Source: Deferribacteres bacterium
Lineage (GTDB): Bacteria > Zhuqueibacterota > Zhuqueibacteria > Zhuqueibacterales > Geothermadaptataceae
NCBI GenBank assembly: GCA_020633655.1
Contig: JACKDF010000005.1
Coordinates: 321,424 to 385,423 of the forward strand
Reading direction: 5' to 3'
Length of the DNA stretch: 64,000 nt
This document shows positions 28,763 to 38,051 of the stretch, piece after piece. Numbering within the stretch: position 1 is the first letter of the stretch; each line of letters opens with the position of its first letter. The notes under the pieces are model-generated. The model was not told where the DNA came from. It saw only the letters and a list, made by a program, of their open reading frames with translations, and made no database searches. Both the position numbers and the translations under genes were made by a program.

Positions 28763-29701
28763 ATGGCGCGTATCGTATTCATGGGTACGCCGGATTTTGC
28801 TGTTGCCAGTGCCCAGACATTATTTGAAGCTGGGCATGAAATTGTTGCAGTCGTCACTGTGCCCGATAAAAAAGCTGGCAGGGGAAATAATTTACATGAA
28901 TCAGCCATGAAGGTTTGGGCAAAGGAACACAAAATTCCGGTTCATCAACCAATTGACTTGAGCGCAGAATCATTCATCGAACAATTGAAAGCATGCCAGG
29001 CTGATTTATTCATCGTTGTTGCCTTTCGAATTCTGCCGCGTCCGGTTTTTACGATTCCCCCACGAGGAACAATTAATTTGCATGGTTCTCTGTTGCCTGC
29101 TTATCGTGGAGCTGCACCGATTAACTGGGCAATTATAAATGGTGAATCCGTCACTGGCGTTACAACATTTTTAATCGATGCAAAAGTTGATACCGGTGAG
29201 ATGTTGCTGCAGGAAAAAATCCCCATCGGGGAAAATGAAAACTTCGGTGAGCTCTATGATCGCATGAAAGTCATTGGTGCCAGGCTTTTGCTAACGACCG
29301 TTGAAAAATGGATGCAAAAGGAAATCGAATCGGAGAGACAGGATGGGGACGTCACGAAAGCGCCGAAAATTACCCAGGAAACTTGCGAAATTATCTGGTA
29401 TAAAAGCGCAAAACAAATCCAAAATCTTGTTCGCGGTCTGGCTCCCATTCCAACAGCATTTACCTGGTACAAACAAAAACGTCTAAAAATTTATCAGTGC
29501 GAAGTACTCGATGGCCGTGCTGAAAAAGCGCCGGGAACCATTATCACCGCGGATGCGAAAAATGGTGTGCTGGCCGTTGCCACAAGGGCTGGCCTGCTGC
29601 ATCTCACCGAAGTTCAGCTGGAGGGGAAAAAACGTTTACCTGTGGCTGATTTTCTCCGAGGCAATCAAATTAAACCAGGGGAAAGGTTTGGCGCTGCATA
29701 A
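28763..29701 (+). CDS. fmt: methionyl-tRNA formyltransferase
   Basis: 312 aa. RIVFMGTPDFAV, NLHGSLLPAYRGAAPINWAI. Confidence 0.95.
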   Translation: MARIVFMGTPDFAVASAQTLFEAGHEIVAVVTVPDKKAGRGNNLHESAMKVWAKEHKIPVHQPIDLSAESFIEQLKACQADLFIVVAFRILPRPVFTIPPRGTINLHGSLLPAYRGAAPINWAIINGESVTGVTTFLIDAKVDTGEMLLQEKIPIGENENFGELYDRMKVIGARLLLTTVEKWMQKEIESERQDGDVTKAPKITQETCEIIWYKSAKQIQNLVRGLAPIPTAFTWYKQKRLKIYQCEVLDGRAEKAPGTIITADAKNGVLAVATRAGLLHLTEVQLEGKKRLPVADFLRGNQIKPGERFGAA

Positions 29702-31004
29702 AAACAACACGCGTTTGCTCGCAGTGGAACTCCTGAGCACGAATGAAATCGAAGGGGATTATATAAATCATCTCATTGAAAAATCGCGTGGTTTTCAACA
29801 ACTTTCTCCACTGGATCGGGCCCTGTGTCTGGAAATCGTTTATGGCGTGTTGCGTAACAAACGCCATCTCGATGCTGTTATAAAAAATTATATTACAAGG
29901 GGCTATGCATCTTTTTCGAGCCAATTGAAAAATATACTGCGCACGGCCTTTTATCAGCTTTTATTTTTAGAAAAAATCCCTGATTATGCTGTACTTTCTG
30001 AATCAGTGGAAATCGCGAAGCGCACTGTTTCTTTGCGCTACGCCCGGCTGGTCAATGGGGTATTACGCAATTTTCAGCGAAATCCTTATCGTCTGGAAAA
30101 GCCAAAGGATGATAATTTATCCGCTTTAGCCGAGTACTACAGTCATCCCGAATGGCTGGTGAAACAATTTGCCCGGCAGTTTGGCAAAAATGAACTACAG
30201 GCTTTTTTGATTGCAAACAACCAAACCCAATCCGTCTATGTCCGACGCCTGAAGGACATGAAAATGACCGATGCCTTTTCCGAATTTCTTGAACCTGTAG
30301 CAGATTTCCCTCGCTATTTTGAAGTAAAATCGCACTCGGCATTGCAGAATATACCCGGATGGAAAGACGGCGCTTTTTGTGTGCAGGATCCCGGTTCCGG
30401 TATGGCAATTGAATTACTGGCACCACAAGCCGGGGAGACAATTGTCGATTTGTGCGCGGCACCCGGAGGAAAAACAATGGCGATTTCCGCTTTGGTTGGT
30501 GAGAAGGGACATGTGGTGGCTGTTGAATCGGTGAAAAAACGTTTGAATATCCTTGAAGAAAATACAGCCAAAACTGGATTTGAAAATGTGAAATCTATTC
30601 TGGCAGACGCACGCGAGTTTAAGACACAACCAGCCGATGCAGTTCTCATCGATGCGCCATGCAGTGGTTTAGGGGTTATGGCCCGGCGAGCCGATCTGCG
30701 ATGGCAAAGAAAACCCTACGATTTAAAACCATTAGTTCAACTTCAAAAAGAGATACTTGCCAATGCGGCGACCCTTGTGAAACCTGGCGGACGCCTGGTT
30801 TATTCAACTTGTACTATTGATAAATCGGAGAACGAGGAAGTCATAGCAGATTTTTTAGAAAAAAATTCGCATTTTACTATCGAAAAAGCCACTGAATTCA
30901 TCGATAAAAAGTATGTAACCAACAATGGCTTTGTTCGTACATGGCCGCACAAACATGCGATCGATGGGAGCTTTTCAGCACGTTTGCGAAGAAATAATAA
31001 TTAA
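29688..31004 (+). CDS. rsmB: 16S rRNA (cytosine967-C5)-methyltransferase RsmB
   Basis: NusB-like N-terminal domain plus a methyltransferase domain (DLCAAPGGKT, DAPCSGLGV, YSTCT). The ORF-track start at 29511 lies inside fmt. I place the start at the in-frame TTG at 29688, after GGGGAAAGG, giving a ~14-nt overlap with fmt. Start-codon confidence is moderate. Confidence 0.88.
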   Translation: MALHKNNTRLLAVELLSTNEIEGDYINHLIEKSRGFQQLSPLDRALCLEIVYGVLRNKRHLDAVIKNYITRGYASFSSQLKNILRTAFYQLLFLEKIPDYAVLSESVEIAKRTVSLRYARLVNGVLRNFQRNPYRLEKPKDDNLSALAEYYSHPEWLVKQFARQFGKNELQAFLIANNQTQSVYVRRLKDMKMTDAFSEFLEPVADFPRYFEVKSHSALQNIPGWKDGAFCVQDPGSGMAIELLAPQAGETIVDLCAAPGGKTMAISALVGEKGHVVAVESVKKRLNILEENTAKTGFENVKSILADAREFKTQPADAVLIDAPCSGLGVMARRADLRWQRKPYDLKPLVQLQKEILANAATLVKPGGRLVYSTCTIDKSENEEVIADFLEKNSHFTIEKATEFIDKKYVTNNGFVRTWPHKHAIDGSFSARLRRNNN

Positions 31005-31014
31005 CATGGAATAA

Positions 31015-31773
31015 GTGATGAATATCATTCTGGACAAAATAAAATCTCTCTGGTATTACAAATTTATCCGTGTCACAGTATACCTTTTTGCCGCGATGGT
31101 TGTCTTTGGATTTCTCATGGATCTCATCGTCATGCCCATTTATACGAAACATGGTGAAGCAATTCCATTGCCGGATGTAACGAAAATTCGGTATGAAGAT
31201 GCAAAGCGTGCGCTGGCGGCAGAAGGATTTGTTATCGTCAAAAGCGAAGAGCGATACGACTCACGTTTTCCAATGGGTTATGTCATCAAGCAAGTACCCG
31301 AGCCGGGAGCGACGGTGAAATCAGGCCGCCGAGTTAGCGTTATTCTCAGCAAAGGAGAACGCCGCTTTGAAATGCCGAAGATCGTTGGCATCTCTGACCG
31401 GGACAGCAAACTGGTGCTCTCGCGTTTTGGACTTCGACTTGGTAAAAAGAACTATGAATATTCCAGTTATTATCCCAAAGGTGTGGTGACACGGCAATCC
31501 ATCACTCCCGGTGTGGAAGTGCCGATGAACACATTTATCGATTTGACCATCAGTCTGGGTTCTGTTCCGAGTGTCTTCATCGTGCCCTCGGTGGAAGGGC
31601 GAACACTGGACGATGCGCGGGATATCATTGAGCAGGCAGGTTTGCAGATCGGCTCAATTCGCTACCAGCCAATGAATGCGTTGTTGCCGGAAACGGTGAT
31701 AAAGCAATCGCTGCAAAGTGGCACCGAAGTACCCAAGGATACGATGATCAATCTTGTCGTATCGAGTTTGTAG
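31015..31773 (+). CDS. membrane-anchored PASTA-domain protein (three PASTA repeats, no kinase or PBP domain)
   Basis: 252 aa. N-terminal TM helix followed by three ~65-aa repeats with the PASTA pattern (P.v.G....A...L...Gf.v......s....g.V..Q.P..G..v..g..v.l..S.G). Confidence 0.8.
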   Translation: MMNIILDKIKSLWYYKFIRVTVYLFAAMVVFGFLMDLIVMPIYTKHGEAIPLPDVTKIRYEDAKRALAAEGFVIVKSEERYDSRFPMGYVIKQVPEPGATVKSGRRVSVILSKGERRFEMPKIVGISDRDSKLVLSRFGLRLGKKNYEYSSYYPKGVVTRQSITPGVEVPMNTFIDLTISLGSVPSVFIVPSVEGRTLDDARDIIEQAGLQIGSIRYQPMNALLPETVIKQSLQSGTEVPKDTMINLVVSSL

Positions 31774-31779
31774 TAGAAC

Positions 31780-31808
31780 TTGACAACCGGTCAATTAATC
31801 TTTATATT
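31780..31808 (+). promoter_or_regulatory. sigma-70-type promoter candidate (TTGACA - 17 nt - TATATT)
   Basis: ttgaca at 31780-31785, a 17-nt spacer, then tatatt at 31803-31808. It is ~50 nt upstream of the ATG at 31859. Confidence 0.5.
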
Positions 31809-31858
31809 CAAATTCAAATTTACGGCATTTCCCCGATTTATACAGGTCGAGGTGACTC

Positions 31859-32329
31859 ATGAAATTTACCAAAGCAGACATCGAGAATATAGCAGAAGCA
31901 CTTAATGCGACATACAAAGATATGGGCACCAATTATCGTCTCACCATTACTGGTGAAGAGGACAGACGAATTAGCCTCGAAATTTACCCGCACACCAAAA
32001 TCGGGAGTCATGAAGGCAGCCTGCTCATCGTTTATACCTCAAGTGCCTTTCTGCAATTGCAATTTTGTACCGGCTATGTCATCAGTAAAATGCTGGGGGA
32101 AGTCACCTTTGTCGCGCAACACATGGGGCGGATTAGCGGACTCATAGTCGAAGCGGGCGCTGGATGCTCCCTTTACTCAAACGTAGATGAATCTGTGCTT
32201 TCCGGTGATTTCACACGTCTCGGTCCGGAAGTGATGATGTCGAGTATCGCTCTTTCCTTATCAGAGCATCTGCTCGGAAGCGGTGATGAGCGCCTTGACG
32301 CCGATGCACTTGTTGATGGAGATGACTGA
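31859..32329 (+). CDS. hypothetical protein (156 aa, acidic C-terminus)
   Basis: Clean ORF with an ATG start, in the same orientation as and 21 nt upstream of xerD. No motif recognised. Confidence 0.55.
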   Translation: MKFTKADIENIAEALNATYKDMGTNYRLTITGEEDRRISLEIYPHTKIGSHEGSLLIVYTSSAFLQLQFCTGYVISKMLGEVTFVAQHMGRISGLIVEAGAGCSLYSNVDESVLSGDFTRLGPEVMMSSIALSLSEHLLGSGDERLDADALVDGDD

Positions 32330-32350
32330 CGGGTATCACCGCAGCTTTTT

Positions 32351-33298
32351 ATGAAAATGTCGCAACGACAAGATTTCCTGTCTGAACTCATCGATGAGTT
32401 TTTAGCTTTCCTTGCTGCTGAAAAAAATCTGGCGCAAAATACAATTGAAGCCTACGGCCTCGATCTTGCCCACTACCACACCTGGCTCAGCGAAAAAAAA
32501 GTTCCTTCCCTCAACGCAATCGAAACGAAAGACATACGCGAATTTTTATCTGCCCTCGACGAATTAGAGCTTGCTGAAGCAACGGTTGCGCGCAAATGCG
32601 CAGCGATTCGCATGTTCCATCGCTACGTACACGCTGAAAACTATTGTGCCTCTGATCCCGCTCAATTAATTTCCTATAAACGCCGCAAAAGTTATTTGCC
32701 GGATGTACTGGAAATACACGAAATTGAAGCTGTTTTTGATTGTGTCGTCCCGGATACTGCTTTGGGATTACGCGACATGGCCCTTCTGGAATTTTTATAT
32801 GGAACCGGATGCAGAATATCCGAGGCACTGAATTTTGAACGCAGTGATTACTTTGCTGAAGAGAGTTTTGTGCAATTGACTGGCAAAGGCCGCAAAACAC
32901 GGCTTGTGCCGATAGGGGAGGTGGCTGTTCAGGCTATGCAGGATTATCTGCGCTACGGCCGTCCCGAATTGGCAAATCCTTTTATTTCACAGGATGTCGT
33001 TTTCCTCAATAATCGCGGACGAAAACTTTCCCGCATGGGGGCATGGAAAATTATACGAAAATATCTGGAAGCCGCCAAAATTGAAAAACATGCGTCCCCG
33101 CATACTTTCCGCCACAGCTTCGCAACCCATTTGCTCGAAGGAGGCGCTGATTTACGCGCTGTCCAGGAGATGCTTGGGCACGCCAGTATTTCCACGACTC
33201 AGATTTACACCCATATAGATCGCAGTTTTTTGCACACAGTCATACGTGATTTCCATCCGTTGGAGCAGCGCGGCAGGATGAAATCCAAATCGAAATAA
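32351..33298 (+). CDS. xerD: tyrosine site-specific recombinase XerD/XerC
   Basis: 315 aa. N-terminal SAM-like domain (FLAFLAAEKNLAQNTIEAYGLDL). Catalytic region ...GCRISEAL...HTFRHSFATHLLEGGADLRAVQEMLGHASISTTQIYTHI. Confidence 0.88.
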   Translation: MKMSQRQDFLSELIDEFLAFLAAEKNLAQNTIEAYGLDLAHYHTWLSEKKVPSLNAIETKDIREFLSALDELELAEATVARKCAAIRMFHRYVHAENYCASDPAQLISYKRRKSYLPDVLEIHEIEAVFDCVVPDTALGLRDMALLEFLYGTGCRISEALNFERSDYFAEESFVQLTGKGRKTRLVPIGEVAVQAMQDYLRYGRPELANPFISQDVVFLNNRGRKLSRMGAWKIIRKYLEAAKIEKHASPHTFRHSFATHLLEGGADLRAVQEMLGHASISTTQIYTHIDRSFLHTVIRDFHPLEQRGRMKSKSK

Positions 33299-33307
33299 GG
33301 AGTGAGT

Positions 33308-34072
33308 ATGATACTCGCAATGGATGTCGGTAACACCAATATAACTTTAGGATTATACGAAAACGGCCAGCTGACCCAGAGCTGGCGCCTTTCGAGCCAG
33401 GTGGCCCGCACGGAAGATGAAATATGGGTGTTTATGAACATGCTCGGGCGAGGTGCCAATATTGATCTCAGCGAAGTGCATGGCATAGCCCTGGGCTCCG
33501 TTGTCCCCTCGGTGACTGTGTCATTGTTACGTCTGATCAACAAACACCTGAAGGTCAAAGTTGTGGAAGTCTCATCGGATATTGAGTTGGGCATAACCAT
33601 AAAGAACGTTGATCCCCACACGGTTGGTGCGGACCGTATTTGCAATGCCGTGGCGGGCTTTGAAAAATATGGCGGCCCTCTCGTCATTGTGGATTTTGGG
33701 ACGGCAACCACCTTTGATATCGTTTCGGATTTGGGCGAATACCTTGGGGGAATTATCGCTCCCGGCGTGGAAAGCACTGCAAAGAGCCTGCACCATCTCG
33801 CTGCCAAACTGCCTATGGTTGATTTAAAATTTCCCGAAAACATAGTCGGTCGCTCCACGGAAAGCAGCATGCAGTCGGGTTTGATGTTTGGTGGCGCGGA
33901 AATGGTCGAAGGCCTTTTGCGCCGATTGCGTGGTGAAATGGGAGAAAATATCCGGGTTATCGCAACGGGCGGTTTGGCGCCGGTCTTGTTGCCGGAGTTG
34001 CCTTCAGTAGAAAAGGTCGAACCAACTTTGACGCTCAGGGGTTTGTATGAGATTTATTTGAAAAACAGGTGA
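33308..34072 (+). CDS. coaX: type III pantothenate kinase
   Basis: MILAMDVGNTNITLGLY, ADRI (GADRICNA), IVDFGTATTFD. The ATG at 33308 lies 5 nt after AAGGAG; the ORF track starts at the GTG at 33302. Confidence 0.93.
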   Translation: MILAMDVGNTNITLGLYENGQLTQSWRLSSQVARTEDEIWVFMNMLGRGANIDLSEVHGIALGSVVPSVTVSLLRLINKHLKVKVVEVSSDIELGITIKNVDPHTVGADRICNAVAGFEKYGGPLVIVDFGTATTFDIVSDLGEYLGGIIAPGVESTAKSLHHLAAKLPMVDLKFPENIVGRSTESSMQSGLMFGGAEMVEGLLRRLRGEMGENIRVIATGGLAPVLLPELPSVEKVEPTLTLRGLYEIYLKNR

Positions 34073-34118
34073 GCTTTTTAGCAAAGCGTAAGCAGCAGGG
34101 TAGGTTTATGAGTCAGCC

Positions 34119-34772
34119 TTAAACCGTATTATTTACATTAGTAATAAACTCGTGCAACTTGTTTTTGTCCAGTTCATTATTCGATCGCACACCCGAGCAG
34201 ACATCGACGCCAAAAGGTTTTACAGCATTAATCGCCATAGCAACATTGTCCGGTTTTAAACCTCCAGCGAGGAACACAGGAATATCAACGAGGGTAACTA
34301 TTTCTCTACTCAGATTCCAGTCATGTGTTCTTCCCGTGCCACCAAGCTCCTTGATTTCAAGCGCCTGGTTGCCAGAATCTAGAAGTAGTGCATCGACGTA
34401 ATTTGCACTTTCTTTCGCTTCCTTTATGGATTCTTCCCCCACCACATGAATGACTTGTATAAGTGATACTCCCGGCAGGTTTTTTCTTAGAATGCGATAG
34501 TGATCCGTGCTAATACGGTCACATATTTGAATTGTGTTGACACCGCATTTTCTCTGTTGTGCTATTATGCCCTGCACATCTGTCCGTGAAGTGAGAAGAA
34601 ATGTTCCTATGGGTGGTGGTACCCTTGATACGATTTGGGCTATTAAGGATTCAGATATGACGCCCGGGCCGCTTGGCATACTCGAAACGAAACCCAAAGC
34701 GGAAGCACCATACTTTATGGCCGTCGATGCTTCTTCATGGGAACTTATACAGCATATTTTTACTCGTAGCAT
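34119..34772 (-). CDS. trpF: phosphoribosylanthranilate isomerase (orphan trpF, no other trp genes nearby)
   Basis: 217 aa. MLRVKICCISSHEEA..., IQICD/VIHV blocks, LLDSG...GGTGRTHDW, FLAGGLKPDNV, GVDVCSGV. Confidence 0.85.
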   Translation of the reverse strand: MLRVKICCISSHEEASTAIKYGASALGFVSSMPSGPGVISESLIAQIVSRVPPPIGTFLLTSRTDVQGIIAQQRKCGVNTIQICDRISTDHYRILRKNLPGVSLIQVIHVVGEESIKEAKESANYVDALLLDSGNQALEIKELGGTGRTHDWNLSREIVTLVDIPVFLAGGLKPDNVAMAINAVKPFGVDVCSGVRSNNELDKNKLHEFITNVNNTV

Positions 34773-34807
34773 ATTTTTATTGCCTGACGTATCCTTGACT
34801 GGCGCCT

Positions 34808-35050
34808 TTAAGCGTCCGGTACAAGAGGCTTTTTATGTTTGTTCTTTTCGATTATTGTGTCATATGCATTTTTCAGGTCTCGATAGTGCCACTGATCAAA
34901 AATATGGGCTCGCTGGAGTAAAATAGGTGCAAATAATATTGAAGTTAATCCAATAAAAAGCCAATTAAACTTGTGGTCATTTTTTATATACAGAGCATTT
35001 GTAATAAATGAAGTGCCGACTATTAGGCATGATAATGCAAGATTAGCCAC
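34808..35050 (-). CDS. hypothetical small membrane protein (80 aa, two predicted TM helices)
   Basis: GTG start; hydrophobic segments LALSCLIVGTSFI and WLFIGLTSILFAPILL. No family recognised. Confidence 0.4.
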   Translation of the reverse strand: MANLALSCLIVGTSFITNALYIKNDHKFNWLFIGLTSILFAPILLQRAHIFDQWHYRDLKNAYDTIIEKNKHKKPLVPDA

Positions 35051-35076
35051 TGCCTTTCCCTGATTTATTGCCTATT

Positions 35077-35137
35077 AACATTAATCTGCCCATAGTTTTT
35101 TCTTTCCGGTGATGTGTAATATGGGCCAATTAATGTT
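35077..35137 (-). repeat. attC-like imperfect palindrome S1
   Basis: AACATTAATCTGCCCATA (35077-35094) pairs with TATGGGCCAATTAATGTT (35120-35137), with a 25-nt loop. On the minus strand it ends GTTAATA. Confidence 0.45.
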
Positions 35138-35268
35138 TTATCATTTTCATTAAAAGTCAAACGTGTTGTACAGCGATGAATGGTTAAATTCGGGTCTGCT
35201 ACTTTCCGATGATCATTTATAAATTCTAAAATCAATAAAGGGCTATCTGGTTCATTTACAATTATTTT

Positions 35269-36288
35269 TTATTGTCCTTTGCCCTTGTCTTTCTTTTTTA
35301 ATTTCTTCACTTCTTTATCAAAATCAGAAATGAATTTTTCATCCTGAATAATGCGGAATTTTTCATATTCCTTTTCAGCGGTTTCTTTGGCAACGGCGGC
35401 AGAAACTTGGCCGGGGTTGTTCAACACATCGTATTGATTAAACTGCAGAAAGGCATCCAAACGTTCTGCCCATTCCTGCATTTTTATTGGGATTTGCCGT
35501 TCTGCCTGTAATTCTGCAAAATCCAAATACATGGTAACAATACGGTTAAGATTGCGGATTTCTTTTTCATTAAGATAATTCTTGGCAACGGTAACATCAG
35601 ATTTTAAGACTTTACCTTTAGGTGCGTTTTTCCAGGTTGTCAATCCCATGTGGTCCTTAGCGGAATCTGCTCGCTGGGCAATTATTTCAGCTGCTGTGTT
35701 TCCGGTGATGGCCCAGTGCAATTTATTCTGGACTGTTTTGTAGAAAAGTTCGGTTACTGTAGACTGCGGATCGTAATCAATGCTACATTGGGCATAAATA
35801 TCCGTAATCTTCTGGTAGAAGCGGCGTTCACTGGCACGAATTTCCCGGATGCGTTCCAGCAATTCATCAAAGTAATCTTTGCCAAACAATGTGCCGCCCT
35901 GTTTTAGGCGCTCATCATCCAAAGCAAAACCTTTGGTGATAAATTCCCGCAATACGCGGGTTGCCCAGATACGGAACTGCGTTGCCCGGGAAGTATTTAC
36001 CCGATAGCCGACTGAAATAATAGCGTCCAGATTATAATATTCGAGATTGCGGGAGACCTGGCGCTCACCTTCGGTTTGAACTGTCAAGATTTCTTTGACA
36101 GTTGCTTTTTTGCCTAACTCATTTTCTTTGAAGATATTTTGCAGGTGGTAACTGATATTTTGTTTGGTTGCCCCGAACAGTTCAGCCATTTTATTGATTG
36201 TTAACCAAACTGTCTCTTCCCGTACAAGGACTTCTACCTTAACATTACCCTGCGGTGTTGTATATAAAATGATCTCAGAATTTTTCAT
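35269..36288 (-). CDS. rhuM: RhuM family (virulence-associated, Fic/DOC-neighbourhood) protein
   Basis: 339 aa. Characteristic N-terminus ...VKVEVLVREETVWLTINKMAELFGATKQNISYHLQNIFKENEL...YNLDAIISVGYRVNTSRATQFRIWATRVLREF. Confidence 0.88.
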   Translation of the reverse strand: MKNSEIILYTTPQGNVKVEVLVREETVWLTINKMAELFGATKQNISYHLQNIFKENELGKKATVKEILTVQTEGERQVSRNLEYYNLDAIISVGYRVNTSRATQFRIWATRVLREFITKGFALDDERLKQGGTLFGKDYFDELLERIREIRASERRFYQKITDIYAQCSIDYDPQSTVTELFYKTVQNKLHWAITGNTAAEIIAQRADSAKDHMGLTTWKNAPKGKVLKSDVTVAKNYLNEKEIRNLNRIVTMYLDFAELQAERQIPIKMQEWAERLDAFLQFNQYDVLNNPGQVSAAVAKETAEKEYEKFRIIQDEKFISDFDKEVKKLKKKDKGKGQ

Positions 36289-36545
36289 GTTTCACTTTCA
36301 ATTTCATAATTCTCATACGCTTCTTTTGACAACGGAAAAGCCGGATCAATCACCAGAACTTCGTCGTAGTTGAGTTGGTAGAGTTTGTAAACCAGAAAAT
36401 CAATTTTAGATTTTAGTTTTTTAAATTCTTTCTCACTGATTTCTGGTTGAAGTAGTTGATTTACAATTTTAGTAAACACATTTTGTTTGTCACTGGATGC
36501 TGTTTTAATTGGGATTTTTTTCCAATCATCAGGATAAAAATCCAA
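36285..36545 (-). pseudogene. 3'-terminal fragment of a restriction-modification (type IIG/TaqI-like or BREX-type) methyltransferase gene
   Basis: The C-terminal ~85 aa of ORF 36285..36761 (DFYPDDWKKIPIKTASSDKQNVFTKIVNQLL...KSKIDFLVYKLYQLNYDEVLVID) match the conserved tail of such enzymes. The upstream half of that ORF is just the antisense of the intron 5' end. Its stop overlaps the rhuM start (ATGA). Confidence 0.5.
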
Positions 36546-36743
36546 GTGTGTGCCCGGCATGGCACGTGTGTATTTTGAATATCGAAATATACGCAGATTA
36601 TCCAGAGGGTGCAAGTCCCTTATGGGCAAGTTGGCGAAGCCCATTAGCAAGCCGCAAGGGTGTTCCGGGTGACCGGAAATCTGAAGGAAGCGATACTGCA
36701 AGAATCTGTGCGGAGGAATACAAACTGCATATGAGGCATAGCA

Positions 36744-38018
36744 TTGTGGGTAAGTAACCACTTCTTTACAAAGCCCGTAGCCAACAAACTTTGCTATGTA
36801 GATGCAGCAGGAGTCGACGGCAGATCAGTTAACAATCTGTCTTCCTATTTGAAAACGCACTGGAGTTCGATCAAAGAAAGGGTGGAGTCTGGCCGCTATG
36901 AACCTGATGCGATATTGGGTGTGGAAATTCCCAAGAGCAATGGGAAAACCCGGCTTTTGGGTGTTCCAACAGTTGTTGACCGCTTGCTGCAGCAGGCATT
37001 ACATCAACAACTGAGCCCGATATTCGAAAAGGATTTTCAGGAACATAGCTATGGTTTTCGTCCGAACCGCAATGCACATCAGGCGATTAAACAGGCGCAC
37101 AAGAACATCAATGACGGCTATCAGGATATCGTCGATATCGATTTGAAGAGCTTCTTTGATGAAGTGAGCCATGAATTGCTGATGACATTGATATACCGAA
37201 GAGTGAAGTGCCCACTGACCTTGAAACTGATTCGGAAATTTCTTCGAGCACCTATTCAAAAGAATGGGAAACTGGAGAAACGACGCAAAGGCGTGCCACA
37301 GGGTAGCCCACTGAGTCCTTTACTGTCCAATATCATTCTGAATGAATTGGATAAGGAATTGACGAAGCGTGGCCACCGGTATGTGAGATACGCCGACGAT
37401 TTCAGTGTGTACCTCAAGAGCAAGACGGCAGCGAGACGTGTTGGAAATAGTATTTACTTGTTCCTACGCGATGAACTCCGTTTGCCGATTAATCGCGAGA
37501 AAAGTGGAATCCGTCGTCCGAGTAAGTTTTACATGCTTGGTTATGGTTTTGTGCCGGTATTTTGCAAAGGCTCAAAGGGACAGTACCAACTGGTTGCGGA
37601 CATCTTTGCCTTGAAAAGGTTAAAAGAGAAGATCAAATGGATCACCCGCAAGACGACCCCGATGACCTTTGATGAACGGATAGCAAAACTGAACCAGGTA
37701 ATGAAAGGTTGGATGCACTATTTCAAGTACGCAAATATGCATGCAAAACTGCGAGTCATTGATGTCTGGATACGCCGTCGTTTGCGTGGTTGTATCTGGC
37801 ATGATTGGAAGAAACCGAACCGCAAGATGAAGAATCTGATGCGTTTGGGAATTCCGAAAGGGATGGCTTATGCATGGAGCAGAACGCGTATGGGAAGATG
37901 GGCTGTGGCTTGTAGTCCGATATTGAGTACAACGATCACGATTGGTCGTTTGGAAAGTCGTGGCTATGTGTCGCTGGAATCATACTATCTGAAAGTTCGG
38001 AAGACTGTAGGTTCGTGA
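36744..38018 (+). CDS. group II intron reverse transcriptase/maturase (no endonuclease domain)
   Basis: 424 aa. AAGVDG, RLLGVPTVVDRLLQQA, YGFRPNRNAHQA, the YADD box (VRYADDFSVY), and maturase domain X (MKGWMHYFKYANM...RRRLRGCIW). The N-terminal ~20 aa are atypical and the start is a TTG. Confidence 0.9.
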   Translation: MWVSNHFFTKPVANKLCYVDAAGVDGRSVNNLSSYLKTHWSSIKERVESGRYEPDAILGVEIPKSNGKTRLLGVPTVVDRLLQQALHQQLSPIFEKDFQEHSYGFRPNRNAHQAIKQAHKNINDGYQDIVDIDLKSFFDEVSHELLMTLIYRRVKCPLTLKLIRKFLRAPIQKNGKLEKRRKGVPQGSPLSPLLSNIILNELDKELTKRGHRYVRYADDFSVYLKSKTAARRVGNSIYLFLRDELRLPINREKSGIRRPSKFYMLGYGFVPVFCKGSKGQYQLVADIFALKRLKEKIKWITRKTTPMTFDERIAKLNQVMKGWMHYFKYANMHAKLRVIDVWIRRRLRGCIWHDWKKPNRKMKNLMRLGIPKGMAYAWSRTRMGRWAVACSPILSTTITIGRLESRGYVSLESYYLKVRKTVGS

Positions 38019-38051
38019 ACCGCCGTGTACGTGATCCGTACGCACGGTGGT
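38018..38051 (+). ncRNA. group II intron domain V
   Basis: AACCGCCGUGUACG-UGAUC-CGUAC-GC-ACGGUGGU: 34 nt, two helices with a 2-nt bulge on the 3' strand. It starts at the RT stop codon. Confidence 0.75.

Noticed and set aside
29511-29687. ORF-track N-terminal extension of rsmB overlapping fmt by 190 nt
   Set aside because: The extension (MAVLKKRREPLSPRMRKM...) is out-of-frame fmt coding sequence with no RsmB similarity. The NusB-like domain starts right after the TTG at 29688.
32351-33298. Tyrosine recombinase considered as the integron integrase for the putative cassette array
   Set aside because: The sequence and length (315 aa) fit XerD/XerC, with no sign of the extra IntI-specific insertion. 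It sits in a housekeeping operon with coaX, is separated from the array by trpF, and is not divergent from the first cassette.
36546-36761. N-terminal half of ORF 36285..36761 (MVTYPQCYASYAVCIPPHRF...) as a real protein
   Set aside because: It is the antisense strand of the group II intron 5' ribozyme region. Only the part downstream of ~36545 resembles a known protein tail.
36744-38018. Reverse transcriptase considered as a retron, DGR or Abi-type defence RT
   Set aside because: It is flanked by a GUGUG 5' end and by domain V/VI. It carries maturase domain X and has no nearby TR/VR pair or msr/msd-like structure. It is a group II intron RT.
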